Origin: Lama guanicoe
Taxonomy: Eukaryota
Length of the DNA: 64,000 nt
Assembly: GCA_013239625.1 (NCBI GenBank)
Contig: MU053431.1
Coordinates: 994,001 to 1,058,000, forward strand
Reading direction: 5' to 3'
The notes beneath the pieces are model-generated. The model worked only from the letters and a program-made list of their open reading frames with translations. It was not told where the DNA came from and made no database searches. The position numbers were made by a program, and so were the translations under genes. Below are positions 1-13,679 of the stretch, one piece after another. The stretch's first letter is position 1, and each line of letters begins with the position of its first letter.

Positions 1-198
1 GTTTTAACCTCGCTGTTGCGTGTTTCTGGGTGCTGTGTTCACGGGTGAACGGACACCCTACGTGCCACGAGCTAATAACCAGAAAGGCCAGGCTTGGCCC
101 TGTGGGGACAGGCGACAGGAGGCCCGGGCTGGCCTCACTTCCCAGGAACCCTGTCACCAGGCAGCCCGCCGTGGTTCACAGGGTTCTGTGGTCGAAGA

Positions 199-415
199 CA
201 AGGGTCCAGAAATGTTTTCCGTCCAAGGGCCAGCTGGTAAACATTTCAGGCTTTGCGGTCACAGGGCCTCTGTTTACTATGTCCACTCTGCTTGTAGCAC
301 AAAAGCTGCTGTGGCAGGAAGGACCCAGCGGCGGTGGCCACCTCCCCCAGAACTGCTCCCAGAACCAGGCGGCAGGTCCGATTCAAGCTCGCGGGCCACA
401 GTTTGTTGACCTTTG
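199..415 (-). mobile_element. MER58A-like hAT-Charlie MITE, near full length
   Basis: Colinear with the reverse complement of the MER58A consensus (AAGGGCCAG.TGGTAAACATTTCAGGCTTTGCGG ... GCGGGCCACAGTTTGTTGACCTTTG), with degenerate terminal inverted repeats. Confidence 0.8.
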
Positions 416-1764
416 TCCCAGGAGACCTTTAGTTTTGTGTGACGTGACCAAGACAACACTGGGGGAGTGAAAGCAGTGCAACTCCAAGGTTGCCTCCGAG
501 TGGAGGTGAGTTTTACGCACGGCAAGACCTGGATCTGCTTGTGTATTAATGGAGCTTCTTAATGTGATAGCTGTTGTCCCGGGAGCTCAGAGGGATGGGA
601 AGAGATAAAACTCATGAACAAAACTGCCGCTCATTCACGGTCTTATTCCAGATCGAGTCTTTGTCTTAGCAGAATCGCCGCCCTTCTGCGTGCACTTGGA
701 CTTCGGGGTAGGGGGACCCCCTGGGCTCTTGAGTGTTTGTGAACTTCCCGGATGGATGGCTCGGCTGGGATCCGCAAAGTCTTGTTAACAACATTAATGT
801 GCAACTACCTGCGTTTTAATCACGCGAAGACAAACTCGGGCCATTCTGTTCTGGTGGAGCATCACTAATTCTAGTTACATGATAACCATGCAACGCTGGA
901 GTTTAGAAATTAGGCCCCCGAGATGCATTAGCTGTGTGGTGCGCCGTCGCTAAACGAGCGTCAGTGTTATTATCCAGGTAATTCAAAGCAAATTTCCAGC
1001 TGTGACGATAAAATGGTTCTGGTAGTAGGTTGGGGTTTGCGCAGAAATTGCCGGTTAGGAGGAGAGCGGTTCTGTTTTCAAGCTGGAATTTTGGTGGGTT
1101 CGTTTTACTGACTCACTTTCATTAAATTCTGAGTTTTTTTAACCAGTGTGGTAACAGCACACTAGGGCAACTGTGATTATGGGTTCACAGAGAAATGGGG
1201 TCTTTCCCACCCCGTTTAGCCTGTGGCGGTCTTCGGTCTAAGTGCACAGTTCTCGTCTGGGTCCAGGATAAAAAGGAAGCTCAGTGATCGATGCCAGGAG
1301 TCCCGCCCGGGAGCGCTTGCCCTGAGCCTGGGACCGTCTCTGAGAGCCTGGCGCTGGCTGTGCCTCGCCCCCAAAGCCCTGCTTCTGCCCTCCTGGCCCG
1401 TTTCCACTGCAGACCGTGCCCATGGAGAAGTTAATTTCCAGGGCAGAAGTGTGAGTAATTAGATTTGCTCTTAAACCCTTTCTCTCGTTCTGACACCGAA
1501 GGGCTGGGAGAAGAGGGTGTAGCCGCAGCTGCCTGTGATCTGATGACCGTCCTCTGCCCGCCGTGCTGGACTGACCCCTCTTGTCTGCCTTCCATTCCCC
1601 CCACACAGTGTAGCAGATGCACAGTCAACACGTGTCGGCTCGTGTCCGGGGAACCCCAAGGGTGCCTTGGTAGCACTTGGTCCCAGGAGAGTCACAAAGT
1701 ACGTATCACACGTCCTCTCCCCTTGTCAGCGTCACCACTCCTCGTCATCCTCTCGAGTCATCAC

Positions 1765-1900
1765 CGTCGCTTACTGAGCGCCTCCTACCGTCTGTGTATC
1801 GCATTCACTCGTCAGATCCTCACCCCAGCCCCGTGGGGCAGACACGGTTCCTCTTCCCATTTCACATACGAGGAGACTGAGGCACGAAGGGGGCAAGCCT
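1765..1900 (-). mobile_element. MIR SINE fragment
   Basis: MIR core in reverse orientation: CCCATTTCACATACGAGGAGACTGAGGCAC, preceded by TTACTGAGCGCCT. Confidence 0.65.
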
Positions 1901-4589
1901 CTAGGAAGAAAGCTGGAGTCGGTATTGACTGTGTCAGGGTGGTCGGAGACTCCCCTCTGACCTACGTCCCTACGACGTGCGGAAGGCCCCTCTGACGCGC
2001 AGAGCAGCGACCTCACCTCCAGGGCTGCCAGAGAGCCGCGGCCCCGGGGAGAGGGCTGCTGGGCTGCTGGCTGCCAGTTGGCCCCAGTCTCACGTTCCCC
2101 TCACTGATCAGTCACCAGCTGTGCTGAGTGGCTTTAAGGAATAAATCCCTTTCTCCCTGTTGGGCAGGCCTTGGGGGGGGGGGCTCACCAGGAAACAGCA
2201 TGTTTGCTCATTGGAACGAATGGGCTGTTCCGAGAGAGGAGGACCCGTGAGTCCCTGGCAGGAGCCCGCGTGCTGGTGAGAGAGGAGAGGTGGTGCGTCA
2301 TCATGTCAGAGCCTGTCCATGAAGACCACGTGTAGAGCTCCCGGGGGGCTTCTCCATCCTTCCCCTGGGTACCGGGCGCCGTGCCGCTGGCCTCCCAGGG
2401 CCCTCTCGCTTGCCAAGGCAGTGCTCGTGGGACCAGGCAGCTCACGTGCAGCCCTGCTCAAATAACGTGGGTGGGAAGAGAGAAAAGGAGAACTGCCCAA
2501 ACACTTAACCTTCCGTCCCCGGGCTCAGGACCAGCCCTTCTCCGGGTTCTAGCTGCCAACGCGCCCTCTTCCTGGGCAAGTCTGGGATCAGGATGGTGGC
2601 GATGCCATTCCCTGAAATCTTGGCCCACTCGGCTGCCAGAGAGAAGGATGTCCCTCTGGGTGGGTGGTGCCCAAGCCCTACTCTGATTCTTGGGGCCGTC
2701 ATCTGGGAGGAGCAGGGGTGCCAGGTGGGGGCCGGCCACGCGCACCCCGACCTGCAGTGTCTGGCAGGACCGGAGCCCAGAGCAGCCCTCGGCGGCCCAG
2801 CCCGCAGAGTGGGGAGAGCCACCCTGTAAGGCGGCTGTTCCGACCTTGAGTTGCTGAAGGGAAGAATCCAGAATCCATCCAGCTCCTCTCACCTTCCCAC
2901 AGGAATGGTTCTCTGATTTATTATTTTAATTAGAGGCTTTTAAGCTTTAATTTAAAAAGTTAAATAAGCTGACTTTCTACGTTAATCGTGGCGGAGCGAA
3001 TTATCACCCGGTTACAGACGCAGGCTCTCCCCTGACGTGAGATCACTGTCCTGATAGGACCCTAGACTCTGAGCCCCACGAGTGGGCGTCTCAGCTCTGG
3101 GCCGAGGCCTCCCCGGAAGCCAGGCCGGCCCGCCTGGATCAGAGCGGTTCCCTCCAGCCCCGGGCCCAGCCTTTACTGGCCATGAGGTGTGGGCGTGAAC
3201 TCGTGGGAACCCAAGCTTGGCCGCCGCGCACAAGCTCTGCTTCTCTCCCAATGTCCCCTTGCTGGCTCCAGGAAAGCCACGGACAGATGGCCACCTTCAA
3301 AGGCGGACGCTCACTGTGTGACGGGGTGGCTTCTGCTTCTGCTCCTCGAAGCACCGGGCAGAGGTTCCCGCGGGTCTGGAGCCCCAGCGCGGGGACTCCA
3401 GGCGCCGGCTGGCACCGCCCTGCCTCCTGCCCGCTGCGTCCAAGGTCTTGCCGTCACTCAGAGGAAACACTTGCTCGCTTGCTGCCTTTTGGGTCAGTGT
3501 ATTTGCACTGAGCGAGGGCTGTGAGCTACTGGGTCTGCCCTGGGGCTGTGGGGCCGTTGTCCCCGTCAGCCCTCATGGCCGTGCGGTGCAGCAGGCCAGG
3601 TCTCGCTGCCCCGGAGCGGATTCTGCGGGGGGGGCCCCCTCCCCCAGGCTACCTCGGGCTGTGTGCAAACGCGGTGTTCTCCTGCGGAGTCCTGTCCTCG
3701 GGGTGGCGAAGGCAGGAAGTGCACAGGCACTGCAGCACGATCGTTTTTTAGCTTCTGTATCAATGATGATGAATTGGATTAAAAATTGACCACACGCCGG
3801 CCAAGTAAACATCCATGGATTACCGACTACCGAGCGCGAGGGACCGTCGCCACTGCCAGTGCAGGGCACTTTACGAGTTTTTAACCACGTCTTCCATACT
3901 GCCCTTCACTGAGATGGATGGAACACTGCATGAGCGGGGGGGGGGCACTATTTCTCTGGGTGAGGTTTGCAGGAGAGGCTGTCATGGCCCCAAGGACCTG
4001 TCGGTGTCCAGGGAATCCCATAAAACCTCAGCAGCGGCCCATATCTACCCCAGCCTCACTGAGTCACCTTCTCCCTCACCGGTCACTGCCTGAGAGACGG
4101 AGAGATGAAACCCCAGAGAACAGCTGTGGGAGGCCTGCTGTACTCAGGGGAAGGTCACTGGGACCAGTGACAGCTCCACTTTCTGACAACTCTCTGGGCC
4201 TGCACAAACTTGGGCAAGTTTAGGGTTTGCCACAGAAGTCTACTAAAAACATGCTGACTGTCAGTACAGAGCAGAGCAGACCGTCGGTTTCCCGGCCCAA
4301 AGCCCAGTGTGCTGTCGTCAGCCTGCGGTCCTGCCAGGCTGGGAGGGCTCTGCCTGCCCTGGGGACGTGTGAGCGCACAGGAGACCTTCAGCGTTGGGAT
4401 CCACAGGCCCCTTAACCCAACCAAATGCCGTCCAAAAGCCACTGTTCTTGTCTCTATTAAAACAGCCATCAGAGAGTCCCCTGTACAGTTGGTAAACCTT
4501 TCCTCGTGCACACGGCCAGAAACAAGGACCCTCTTCTTTCTGGAGTCTTCTGGGGGACACAGTAACTAACCTGTGCTCTTGCAGGTCTT

Positions 4590-4945
4590 TGGACATTCCT
4601 GCCACGCTCCTGCCTCGGGGCCTTTGCACTTGCTGTTCCTGTTGCCAGGAACGCTCTTCCCCACACGGCTCAATCCCACACCTCCTTCAGGTCCTGGCCC
4701 AGATGTCACCTTCCCAATGGGGCCTCCCTGACCTCTGACTTGGACGTGCACCCCACTGTCTCCCCAGGACTCCGGTCTCCCCGGTCTGCGTTTCTCGCTG
4801 GTGCTGGTGCAGCTCGCCTACGCGGTGTCACGCGTGTGTGCTCTGTTCACTCTCTCCCACTCTGGAATGGAAGAGCTGACGGTATCTCTGGTTAACAGCA
4901 CGCCCAGGACGGGTCTGGCAAGTAGCAGGCCCTCACTGAAGACAC
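4590..4945 (+). mobile_element. L2 LINE 3' end
   Basis: GGGCCTTTGCACTTGCTGTTCC...AGATGTCACCTTCCC...GGCCTCCCTGACC...CTGGCAAGTAGCAGGCCCTCA matches the L2a 3' terminus. Confidence 0.75.
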
Positions 4946-4979
4946 CGCAGACGAAAGCGCAAACCTGAAACCAAGGCGC

Positions 4980-5195
4980 GCTGGGTTGTGTGCGCCTCGG
5001 CGCAGCAGGGCCCGGTTCAAACCCTGGCTGCACTGTCCTGCTGTGGGTGAGCGCCTGAGCTTCCCTGCACCTTGGCTTCCTCAGCTGCGCAAGGGGCCTC
5101 CTAGTCCCTCACCTCCTGGGGGCCATGATGTTGATAAGAAACTTGGAGTTTTTAGAACAAAGCCAAGCATGTAGTAAGCGCTCAACAAATGACTG
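4980..5195 (+). mobile_element. MIR SINE
   Basis: GGTTCAAACCCTGGCT B-box-like head, a degenerate core, and the tail AGCATGTAGTAAGCGCTCAACAAATG. Confidence 0.7.
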
Positions 5196-5203
5196 TCGAG
5201 CTT

Positions 5204-5845
5204 AACTTTTTATCTGGAAATAACTTCAAGCTTAGAGAAGAGTTGCAAAAACAGTACAGAAACACTCTTACTTTCCTGTTTTCTTTACGCCGTTTCGCCA
5301 CCTGCTAGTTAGTTTTCTGCTACATGGAAAATGTCTGCTGGCATCTCTCTGCCTGGCACCTGGTGCTGCCCTATCGTCCGTCTACCTCTGGTCTATGTGT
5401 CACCTATCATCAGCCCACCATCTGTGCATCCACATACCCTCCGTCTAGCTACCTGCCATCCAGCTAAACACATCCGCAATGTTTTTCCTGAACCATCTGA
5501 GATTTGGTTTTGGACATCACACCCTCTTACCCCTAAATACTTCAGTGTGGATTTCCTAAGAGCAAGGATGGTCTCTTGCCTGACCACAGCACCGCTACAA
5601 ACTCAGGGAAGTTATCAGCGGTTCCGGACTTCAGTCTGCAGCCCATGTTCCAGTCTGGCCAGCGGTCCCGCTGGGCGCCCCCCACCATCAGGGTGGAGTT
5701 CAGCTCACTCCCTCCTTTGGTGTTCACACCCCTTTAGTCCAGAACCATCCGAGGCCTTTCTCTGCCTCTCCGGACACAGAATTTTGAAGAGCTCAGCCTG
5801 GTTGTGCTGGGGACGCCTTGCGGTTGGGTTTGTCTGATGTCGCTC
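5204..5845 (-). mobile_element. Old L1 3' UTR (L1MC4/L1MC5-like)
   Basis: TTTTATCTGGAAATAACTTCAAGCTTAGAGAAGAGTTGCAAAAACAGTACA and TTACCCCTAAATACTTCAGTGTGGATTTCCTAAGAGCAAGGA match the reverse complement of L1MC 3' ends. Confidence 0.75.
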
Positions 5846-7697
5846 GATGAAGCTGTTAATATTCTCATCAGCCTCATAGACTCCGGACCTCCTCTAGACG
5901 ACCAAGATCAATTTTTCAAGTAAAACGTGCGTATCTCTGAGCCAGGGTGTCCCTCTCGGCGCTGAGATTTTAGCATCCTGGTGCCTTGCTGAGTGGAGAC
6001 ACAGTCACTGAGGTGCTAGCGTGCATGGGGAGTCAGTGGGGAAGTGGGCTGTTAGCCTAAAGCAAGTGCAGCGAAATACTGAAAGTCCAGGCCTGTCCGT
6101 CGGGGAGCCTCGTGGAAGTGCGGGGGACAGCGTCATGAGGCCGTCGCTCCACCTTGCGGGGCGGGGCTCCATTCGGCCTGCGTACCAGCACCAGAGGACG
6201 CTTGTATACAGACGTGTACACGTGCCTCCGTTACAATTCAGAAAGAGGATCTGCAGGTGCCAGAGTTACTGGCACGGCGGGTGAGCAGTGCCCAGCACAG
6301 CCTCTTCCCAGGCCGGACGGGAAGTGGTGCTCCACTCGCGTGCACACGGGCCTGGCGGCGGGAGTGGGCCCGTGGGTCCCGGCAGCCTTGACCTACGTCA
6401 GGCTCGATCCGCGTTGCTCATTTCCAGCTGCCGGGATCTTCCGGAGCAGCCCTGCGGACGGGATGGAAAAGCAGATGGCGAGAGGCAGCCCGTCCTGGGT
6501 GCAGGGTCGGGTTCTGTGCGGTCTGAGCGGTGGTGCTGTGCCCGGGAAGGGAAGCGGTGTGTGTGGACGACTTTTTTGTACTGAAATGTTGGGCTCTTGA
6601 TCTGGAACTCGAATTCCAGGAGAAGCAGTGCCAAGCGAGTGGGTAGGCTCGACCGAGAGGGAAAACAGACGTGGGAGAGGAGTGTCTTGACCCGTGGTCC
6701 GCGATGTGCTCCTGTAATAAATGCCGATCAGCTTCCCCGCCGCGCCGGGATGCTGGCGCCCCCTCCCCTTCCGTGCGCTGTGTTTGGATGTGCGGTGGCT
6801 GTTGAGAAGCTTCACAGCTTCTCCTGAGGAAACGTGCAGTCTCGGCGCTCAAGTGGCTCAGCGTGCTGCCGTGTATTCCTGCCGCGGTTGTTTAAAAGCC
6901 CCTGTTGTAGACGGATGGGTGAGGGGGCAGGGACCCACCCTGGGTGGGGCTGGGGGAGCTCCCCTCTGCAGATGCCGCCCTGCACAGAATCTTCCTTCAG
7001 GGAGGGAGTGCTGACCCAGGGAGGGGCTTTCGGCCTCAGTCGAGCTCTGCCTGGGAAGTGAGCCACCCCAGGACCTGTGGGGACAGGAGGTGGAGGCCTT
7101 GCCCCTGGACAGTCCCCGCCCCGGCCAGTGCTCAGGGCCGACTCCGGCACTTGCCTTGACAGCCTTGAGAGCCTCTCATTTTCTTGAGCATTTGGAGATT
7201 TTTGTGGAAATGTCACCTGGTTTGGCATTTCAGGAGGTGGACGGGTGGTGCTGAGTGGAGCTTAGTCTGGAAAACATATCACTGTTCCTGGAAGGTGGCC
7301 TGGACCCCACAGGTTCACCGTGGTGTGTGACCATCCCCCATCACAGAGGGGGAGACGGGGCTGGTGGGGAGGTCCCCGAGGTCCCATGACCAGTTGTGAG
7401 CACACCCAGGTCCCTGCAGGGAGCCTGTGTCATTCAGGGGCACTCCCGGCCCCAGGTGCCCCCCGGGCCAGGAATCAGCCCCCCGCACCCCCCACACCCA
7501 CTGCCATAAATGCCATCCTCTAAGCAGCAGCAAGAGGAGGCAGCAGCCGCCTGTGTGTTCTGGGTCCTCACGCAGCAGAACTCCCTCACGTCGCAACTGT
7601 GGTTGTGTGCAAAAGCCGCACACAGATGCGGTTTTGATCAGCTCGGATGCAGGACAGATGGAGGGGAGAGCTCTGTGCTGCTAACATCTCGCCCACT

Positions 7698-7735
7698 GCC
7701 TGGAGCCCCGCTCCCCGCCTGGAGCCCCGCTCCCC
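7698..7735. repeat. Perfect 19-bp tandem duplication (GCCTGGAGCCCCGCTCCCC x2)
   Basis: Read directly from the sequence. Confidence 0.9.
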
Positions 7736-8887
7736 TCCCCACAGCCGCTCCGCCTGCATCCTCGCCCCGCCTTCCGCTGGAGAAGCAGCAGGCGCAGCTT
7801 TTCATTGCTGCAGATCAGCCAACTGGCTGATGGGTCAGGGCAGCCACGGGGGCCCCACGAGGCCAGGGGCCTGCAGGTGGACAGTCCAGCCAATGAGTCC
7901 AGTGCCCTGGGCAGTGCTGCAGGAACCATTTGTCACCAGCCGCCCCCTGGCACCAGAGGCCTGGGGCCCCGCCCTCACCGAGCTCTCGGGCTCCAGCCGT
8001 CCTGGCCCAGGCCCTGGCCCAGGAGGTGCCTTCCCCGCCTCCTGGCTCTGCAGCCCAGCCCATGTGTTAGATTCCAAAGAGCATCTCCTCCCTTGTAACC
8101 AAGCCAAGGTTAATATTTTCACTGGGATCTCAGGCTGTCACCACCCCAGCTGACAGGCGCATGCATGCTTCACTGAGTAAGGATGTGCTGGGGAGAAGGC
8201 ACGTGAGCCCCGAGTAGCAACATGAAATGAAGATGGATGCAGGTAACTGACGTAGCGGGAAACCGTGGAGCACGGCAGGAGCGGCAGCCACAGCCCTGAC
8301 GTCGCTGCCGGCAGCCGGGCTCCGCGCACAGCCGCATCGTCGGGTCCAGGCTGGCCCGCCCCGCCGCCCGGCTTTCTTCCCCAGGTGTGAACGCCACTGC
8401 ACTCTTGTGGATCCCATTTAATCACAGAGAAAGGGTGATTTTCAGTTTAAGTCAAAAAGATATTTCCAAGCTTCAGCAAATGACCCAAATCAGAGAAGCG
8501 GTAAGTCTGTGCCGGATGAGCCCGTTCTGACCCTGCCGTCATTTGTCATGGGGAAGACACCGCGACTGAAGCCCTGGCTGTCCATGGAGGGACGTGTTCC
8601 CCTCTCTGCTCTAGGAGCTGGTTCACGCACTCTTCTCTGTGGGCTCCGGGCTCACCCGTAAAGCTTCTACCAAGTACAAACTGCCATGTGCCCAGCAGTG
8701 GCTGGTTAAATGCCAGGCATTGTTCCAGTGAGAGGAAAACCTTTGCCGGGGGAAGGTCCTCTCAGGATAGAGCAGAGACAACCATAGGGCAGCTTGGACA
8801 CCTGTTAACAAACTCAAGGAGAGTTCAGCCACGTTAAAAATCGAGGCACTGGAAAAATGTTGAAATGGTCTTATTAATCAAATTCTT

Positions 8888-9200
8888 CATTTGGGACTCT
8901 TTCAACTGCAGGTGGCCACACTGAACTCAAAGTAACTAACATAAAAAAGTTAAGCAACAGAGAAATCCAGGGGATAGCTTCAGGTGTGGTTTGATCCAGG
9001 GGTGTAAGGTGTTATCAGGGCCTTGTTTCTCTTCTATCTGCCACCTCCAGTTTGGCTCCTTTCAATCAAGGCTCTCCCCTCGTGGAGGCAAGCTGACAGT
9101 GGTCGCGCCAAGCCTACCACTTCTGCAATTTAAGGAGAGGGGAAAGAGAGAGGTTTTTTTCCTGGCAGCATTAACGTAACTCCCAGGATATGTGCTTACG
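8888..9200 (-). mobile_element. Old MaLR LTR (MLT1K-like)
   Basis: GGACTCTTTCAACTGCAGGTGG...AACTCAAA...TCCAGGGGATAGCTTCAGGTGTGGTTTGATCCAGGGG resembles old MLT1 LTRs in reverse. Confidence 0.55.
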
Positions 9201-9388
9201 GGTTACACACAGCTCCAGTGCCAGGCTCAGTGCCACATTTCACAAGCATTTATCGGATGGGCTATAATGATCATAAAAAGACACAAATTTGTAGTTATGA
9301 AGTTGAATCTGTTAACGAGATACAGACATTAATCAAATCTTGGAGTGAAGAAAGAGCAATAAGAAGAAAGGAACATGATTCCATACAG

Positions 9389-9586
9389 CAGGGGTCTGCA
9401 AACTATGGCCCTCTGCCTGTTTTTGCAAATAAAGTTTTATTGAAACACGGCTATGCCCATCATTTACGTATTGTCTTTGGCTGCTTTCCTGCTGCAATAG
9501 CAAAGTTGAGTAATTGCAATAGTGTCTGTATGCCCCCACAAGGCCTAAAATAGTTACTCTCTACAGCAAATGTTTGCTGACTCCTA
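9389..9586 (+). mobile_element. MER58A-like hAT MITE
   Basis: CAGGGGTCTGCAAACTATGGCCC...TTTTGCAAATAAAGTTTTATTGAAACAC...TGTTTGCTGACTCCTA, with both termini recognisable. Confidence 0.9.
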
Positions 9587-12500
9587 CAGGGCATGTGATA
9601 GAGGAATCTGACCCCCATGGAAAAGTGGTGCATGCTTCCCCGGGGGACGCATGAACTGAGATCTCAGGACTTACTCCACAAAGAGGTGGGTGGGGAGAGC
9701 AGATGTGGGAAGGGCTGGGAAGACAGGCAGGGACTCAACTTTCTGGGTAATGGGTTTTGGCTCTAAGACATGATGCTCCTCTGGGATTACCTCTTATGAG
9801 TGGAATGCATGGGGGAGAAGAGACGCATGGAGAAGGAGATGAAAGATGGACCCAGAGGGTTTGTGCTGCTCCTTCGGAAGTGGCGGGTGTGGGCGCTGAG
9901 TCAGAGCTGCAGAAGGAACAGAAACGAGCTCCTGGGAGCACAGCTTCTCAGTGGCGGTAGTATTTTGGTTTTTATTATGTTTGTGTGTGTGAACCTAAAA
10001 TGAAGCTGTTTTCTGCAGTAAGACGGCAGCCCAGATTCATCCTCCCTGGGTTGCACGCCAGTGGTGTTGTTAACCCTCTCCGCCTCCATCCTTCTTCCAG
10101 CCCATGGTGTTTGTAGATGGCAGGTCAGGGTGAGGAGGCAATGAAGAAATCTCTTGGTGCTGAGAATACCGAGCCTGAAATGATTTAGCCTTCCACCCTC
10201 ATCCATGTTCTTGGCTTCACTGGTTCCTACTTGACCAGCCAAGCTGCTTAGCTGTCTCACCAGCACCTGGACAGCTCCCTGCGTGGATGTGGGATGGTAA
10301 CATTGCAGCATCTGTACAGCTACCTCCCCTTCCCCTGCCTGAGGCAGACATCACTAATCAATCCCCACTGGGCTAGGTGAGTCTTATCAAGCTTCTCGAC
10401 TCAGAGCTCTTGAAAACACTGCCACCACTTAGCACCCAGGAGAAACCCCTTTGCCACCCAGGTCCTGGGCGCTCAGAATCAATGGGTGCGTGAAAGGAAG
10501 AGGCCTCGCAGGAAGCGCAGTAGTGTCTCTGCGGCGGGAAGCACGCCCCCGAGCAGTGCATCTGGAAGGTTAAAAACGCAAACCCACAATTAACCCCGTG
10601 AAGCCTTGGGACTCTAGGGTCTTGGGAGATTCATTTATTTTTAAAGCCAGACAGGAAGGTCGTTGCAGAGCCATAAAGTGCAGGAAGAAATTAAAAAGCC
10701 ACGAGGAAAGCTCAGCGGAGAGGCTCATGGAGACGGATGCCTGTGTCTCTGCGCAGCTGCGTCTTACCCACCTGTGTCTTTGCGCAGGTGGGTCTTAACC
10801 ATGTCCTCCATGGCAGCCGAGCCAAGTCTCTCTTCTCCTCGGACACACCGTGGGCCTGGGGTCTGGGCTCGGGGGGACAGGCTGGGCCCTGGGGCGGCAC
10901 GTTTGGGAAGCGGCCTGTTGTTCTGACGGTTCTGGGAGCCACGTGGGTGGGAGGAGGCGGCTCCGCCCGGGCTGGTTACACCTTCCTGGTGTGGCCCTGG
11001 GCGGCCCCAGGAGGACGGAGGAGAGGCGTGTGTCTTGACATAATTAACACTTCTGATCACTGTCTTCCCTCCTCTGAGTCGTCTCAGAAGCAAACTAGCC
11101 AGAGGCCAAGCTGTGAATAGCAAATCTTGTCTTCATTTCTCTCCCATCTCGGCCCTTTTAATTTCCTTTCCCTCCCTCAAGCTTCCCTCCTTCCCGGCCC
11201 CTGCGCCCACACAGCGTCCCCACCAGGCTGGGCCTGACCCCCAGCCCTGCCTGCCTGGACCAGGGCCTTCATCTCACAGCATCCCGACCCCCGACCTGAC
11301 TGTAATCAGGGTGCACCTGCCCCTGAGCACCCCCACCTGGCTGTCACCCCGAGAAGGGCCTGGGGAGGGACTCCCGGGGGGCCACGTGGCACGTGGAGAG
11401 CAGAGGCCCAGCCACGCAGAACGGCTGTGCTGATGGTCTGCGGGGCGCCAGGCCAGGGGGCGAGTCTGGGCGTGAACGTGTGCTGCTGTGTGGGACGCAG
11501 CAGACCCGGGCACCCTCAGACAGTGTCCCTTTTTGGTTTTGTCAGAAGTTTCTGTACCGTGGCTTTCTGTGGTTTCACCGGCTGTAGCTGCCAACTGCCT
11601 CTTCAAATTAAGATAGAAGAGCTGGGATGCTCTCGTGTCCCGCCGGCTGGGCTGGGAGCAGTGAGCGACAGGCGCGGAAAGACATTTCCAGCTCATCAGA
11701 GAGGAGCGAGGTCTGCAGCCCAGCCCTTTGTGCACGTAGCCCTCGCCTCACGAGTCGGTCCTTGGAGACGTTCGGGAGAACATCTTGAGGCGGCCGACCG
11801 CCAGGAGCCCTCCCTGCACGTCAGGCCACCTCCCGCTCATCGTGTATCGTCCGCGCTTGCTGTGCAGTTGAAAGCCGGGGTGGTGAGAGACTCCAGCCCA
11901 GATTCTTTAAAACCCCTCTGATAACAGCTCATGTCACTGAAAGCATCGTTCCTTCCGGTTGTCCCTTTTCCTCTGTGACAGCCTGTTTCAGCCTCCCCTG
12001 GCCCTGGCCCTGGGCAGGCCCCATCCTCCTGCCCGCAGCCAGGTGGTGCTGTCCCCCCCACCCCACCCAGGGAAGAGAGGGCAGAGCCGCCAGTGGGTCC
12101 TGGAGGAGAGAGGGCTCTCTCTCTCTCTCTCTTTCTTCCCCGAATCCATTGGCCGGGATTGGGCTCCACCCCGAACCACTGTATGGCTGAGGGATGGGAC
12201 GGGCAATGCTCTTTGGCCCTTTGGGGCCCAAACATGGCAGTGGGGAGGGGACCTGTGCTGTGCAAACTGCACACCTGAGAATGGGGGGTGAGGGGCTTCC
12301 CAAAGGAGATGCAGGAATGGTGTCTCAGATGACAAATGTGCATTGCACGCATCCTTCCAGGACCCCTGAAACTCACGTCCACAGGACCCTGCCCGGTCCA
12401 CACCCGCCAGGCGAGCTGGATGTCCCCGCTGACTCTCCCCCGGAAGCTTGTAGAGCCCACCTTCCCCACGGGGCAGGGACAGGGGTGGGGTCGTGAGACA

Positions 12501-13679
12501 GCTCCCTCCCGCGTCTTCCTGAAGAGCACAGCGTGGGCGCCTGGTCGCTGGCCCGTGTGTCTCCACGCAGCGCTCGGGGACGCTCGCCCTCTCGCTGGGG
12601 CCCCCCCGCTGCGGCGTGGGGCTGGGCCGCTCACTGGGCGTGCCGGTGCCTCTCTGAGTCAGAGTCCCTCAGAAGCTCTCGGAGCCAAATTGTACTTTTT
12701 GTATAAAATGAAATGGCTACTTAAATTGCACACACTTTCTGAAGAGAAGGACCAGCAGGACAAACATCTGTGCCCCTGAGGGTCTCCCCGCCCTTACGGG
12801 CGCGGTGCATCTGCATCAGCCGGTGACCAGCCCGCTGGCCGTCGCGCGCCCAACCTGCGTGCGCTGCGACCCAGTGCAATTTGCACGCTCTTATGTGGGT
12901 GTGAGAAGGGGGAGAATCTGTGTAAAGTCAAGGCAAACTCTATTTAAAAAGGAAAGCCTTCTGAGTGTGTTTTCGTGACCGCTTCCCGAGCATCTGGCCG
13001 GGGTGGGTGCAGCTCAGGCCTGTGGGGCCTGGCTTAGAGGCGCAGGGCTCACCAGCTCCTTCGCCCGCAAGCCGAGGCGCTGCGTTGCTTTTGAGCTTGA
13101 CCTTCGAGAGGGGACCTGGGACCCCGTGCGTCTTCTACGGGCTGAGGCCGAGGTGTGGTCTGCAGACCACTGTCTGTGGGAGGGGCAAGGGCGCGACACG
13201 AGACCCTGCATGGCCAGTGGGCGTCGGCACCCGGTGGGTGCTTTAGAGTGGGCCGTGACCTCCCCACCCCCAGCTTTGCTCGTGTGAACAGTTAAGCCCT
13301 TGACTCACCAAGAAGTCAAGGCGACCCTGGGCCTCACTGAGACTCCCTGAGCCCTGAACTGCCGTGAACGGCATGAGACAGCCCATCTGGGACCTGAGGG
13401 CCGGGGCAGGTCGGGGTCCCCGCAGGGAATCTGTCCAAGGCTGGGTCTCCGGCCTCTTGTCCGCCAGTGCTCATCCTCACACCAGCAGCCAGCGAACCCA
13501 CCCCAGGGTGAAGCAGGACCAGGGGCCGGCTGAACCTGGGGTGGGGGGGGTACTGTCTTCCTCCTGGAGTCACCGTGCTCTTTCCTGGCCTGGTTTGCAG
13601 AAGAGGCAGAAAGCTTGAGCGCGAGCAGGGGAGCCGGTGGACGGGCCTGGCTGCAGACACCCCTGCGTGGACGGCTGTC

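Noticed and set aside
10259..10279. Second RE1-like site CCAGCACC-T-GGACAGCTCC
   Set aside because: The spacer is 1 bp instead of the canonical 2 bp and the left half is imperfect
10770..10850. Possible splice acceptor CTGTGTCTTTGCGCAG|GT
   Set aside because: No convincing downstream donor or recognisable coding frame
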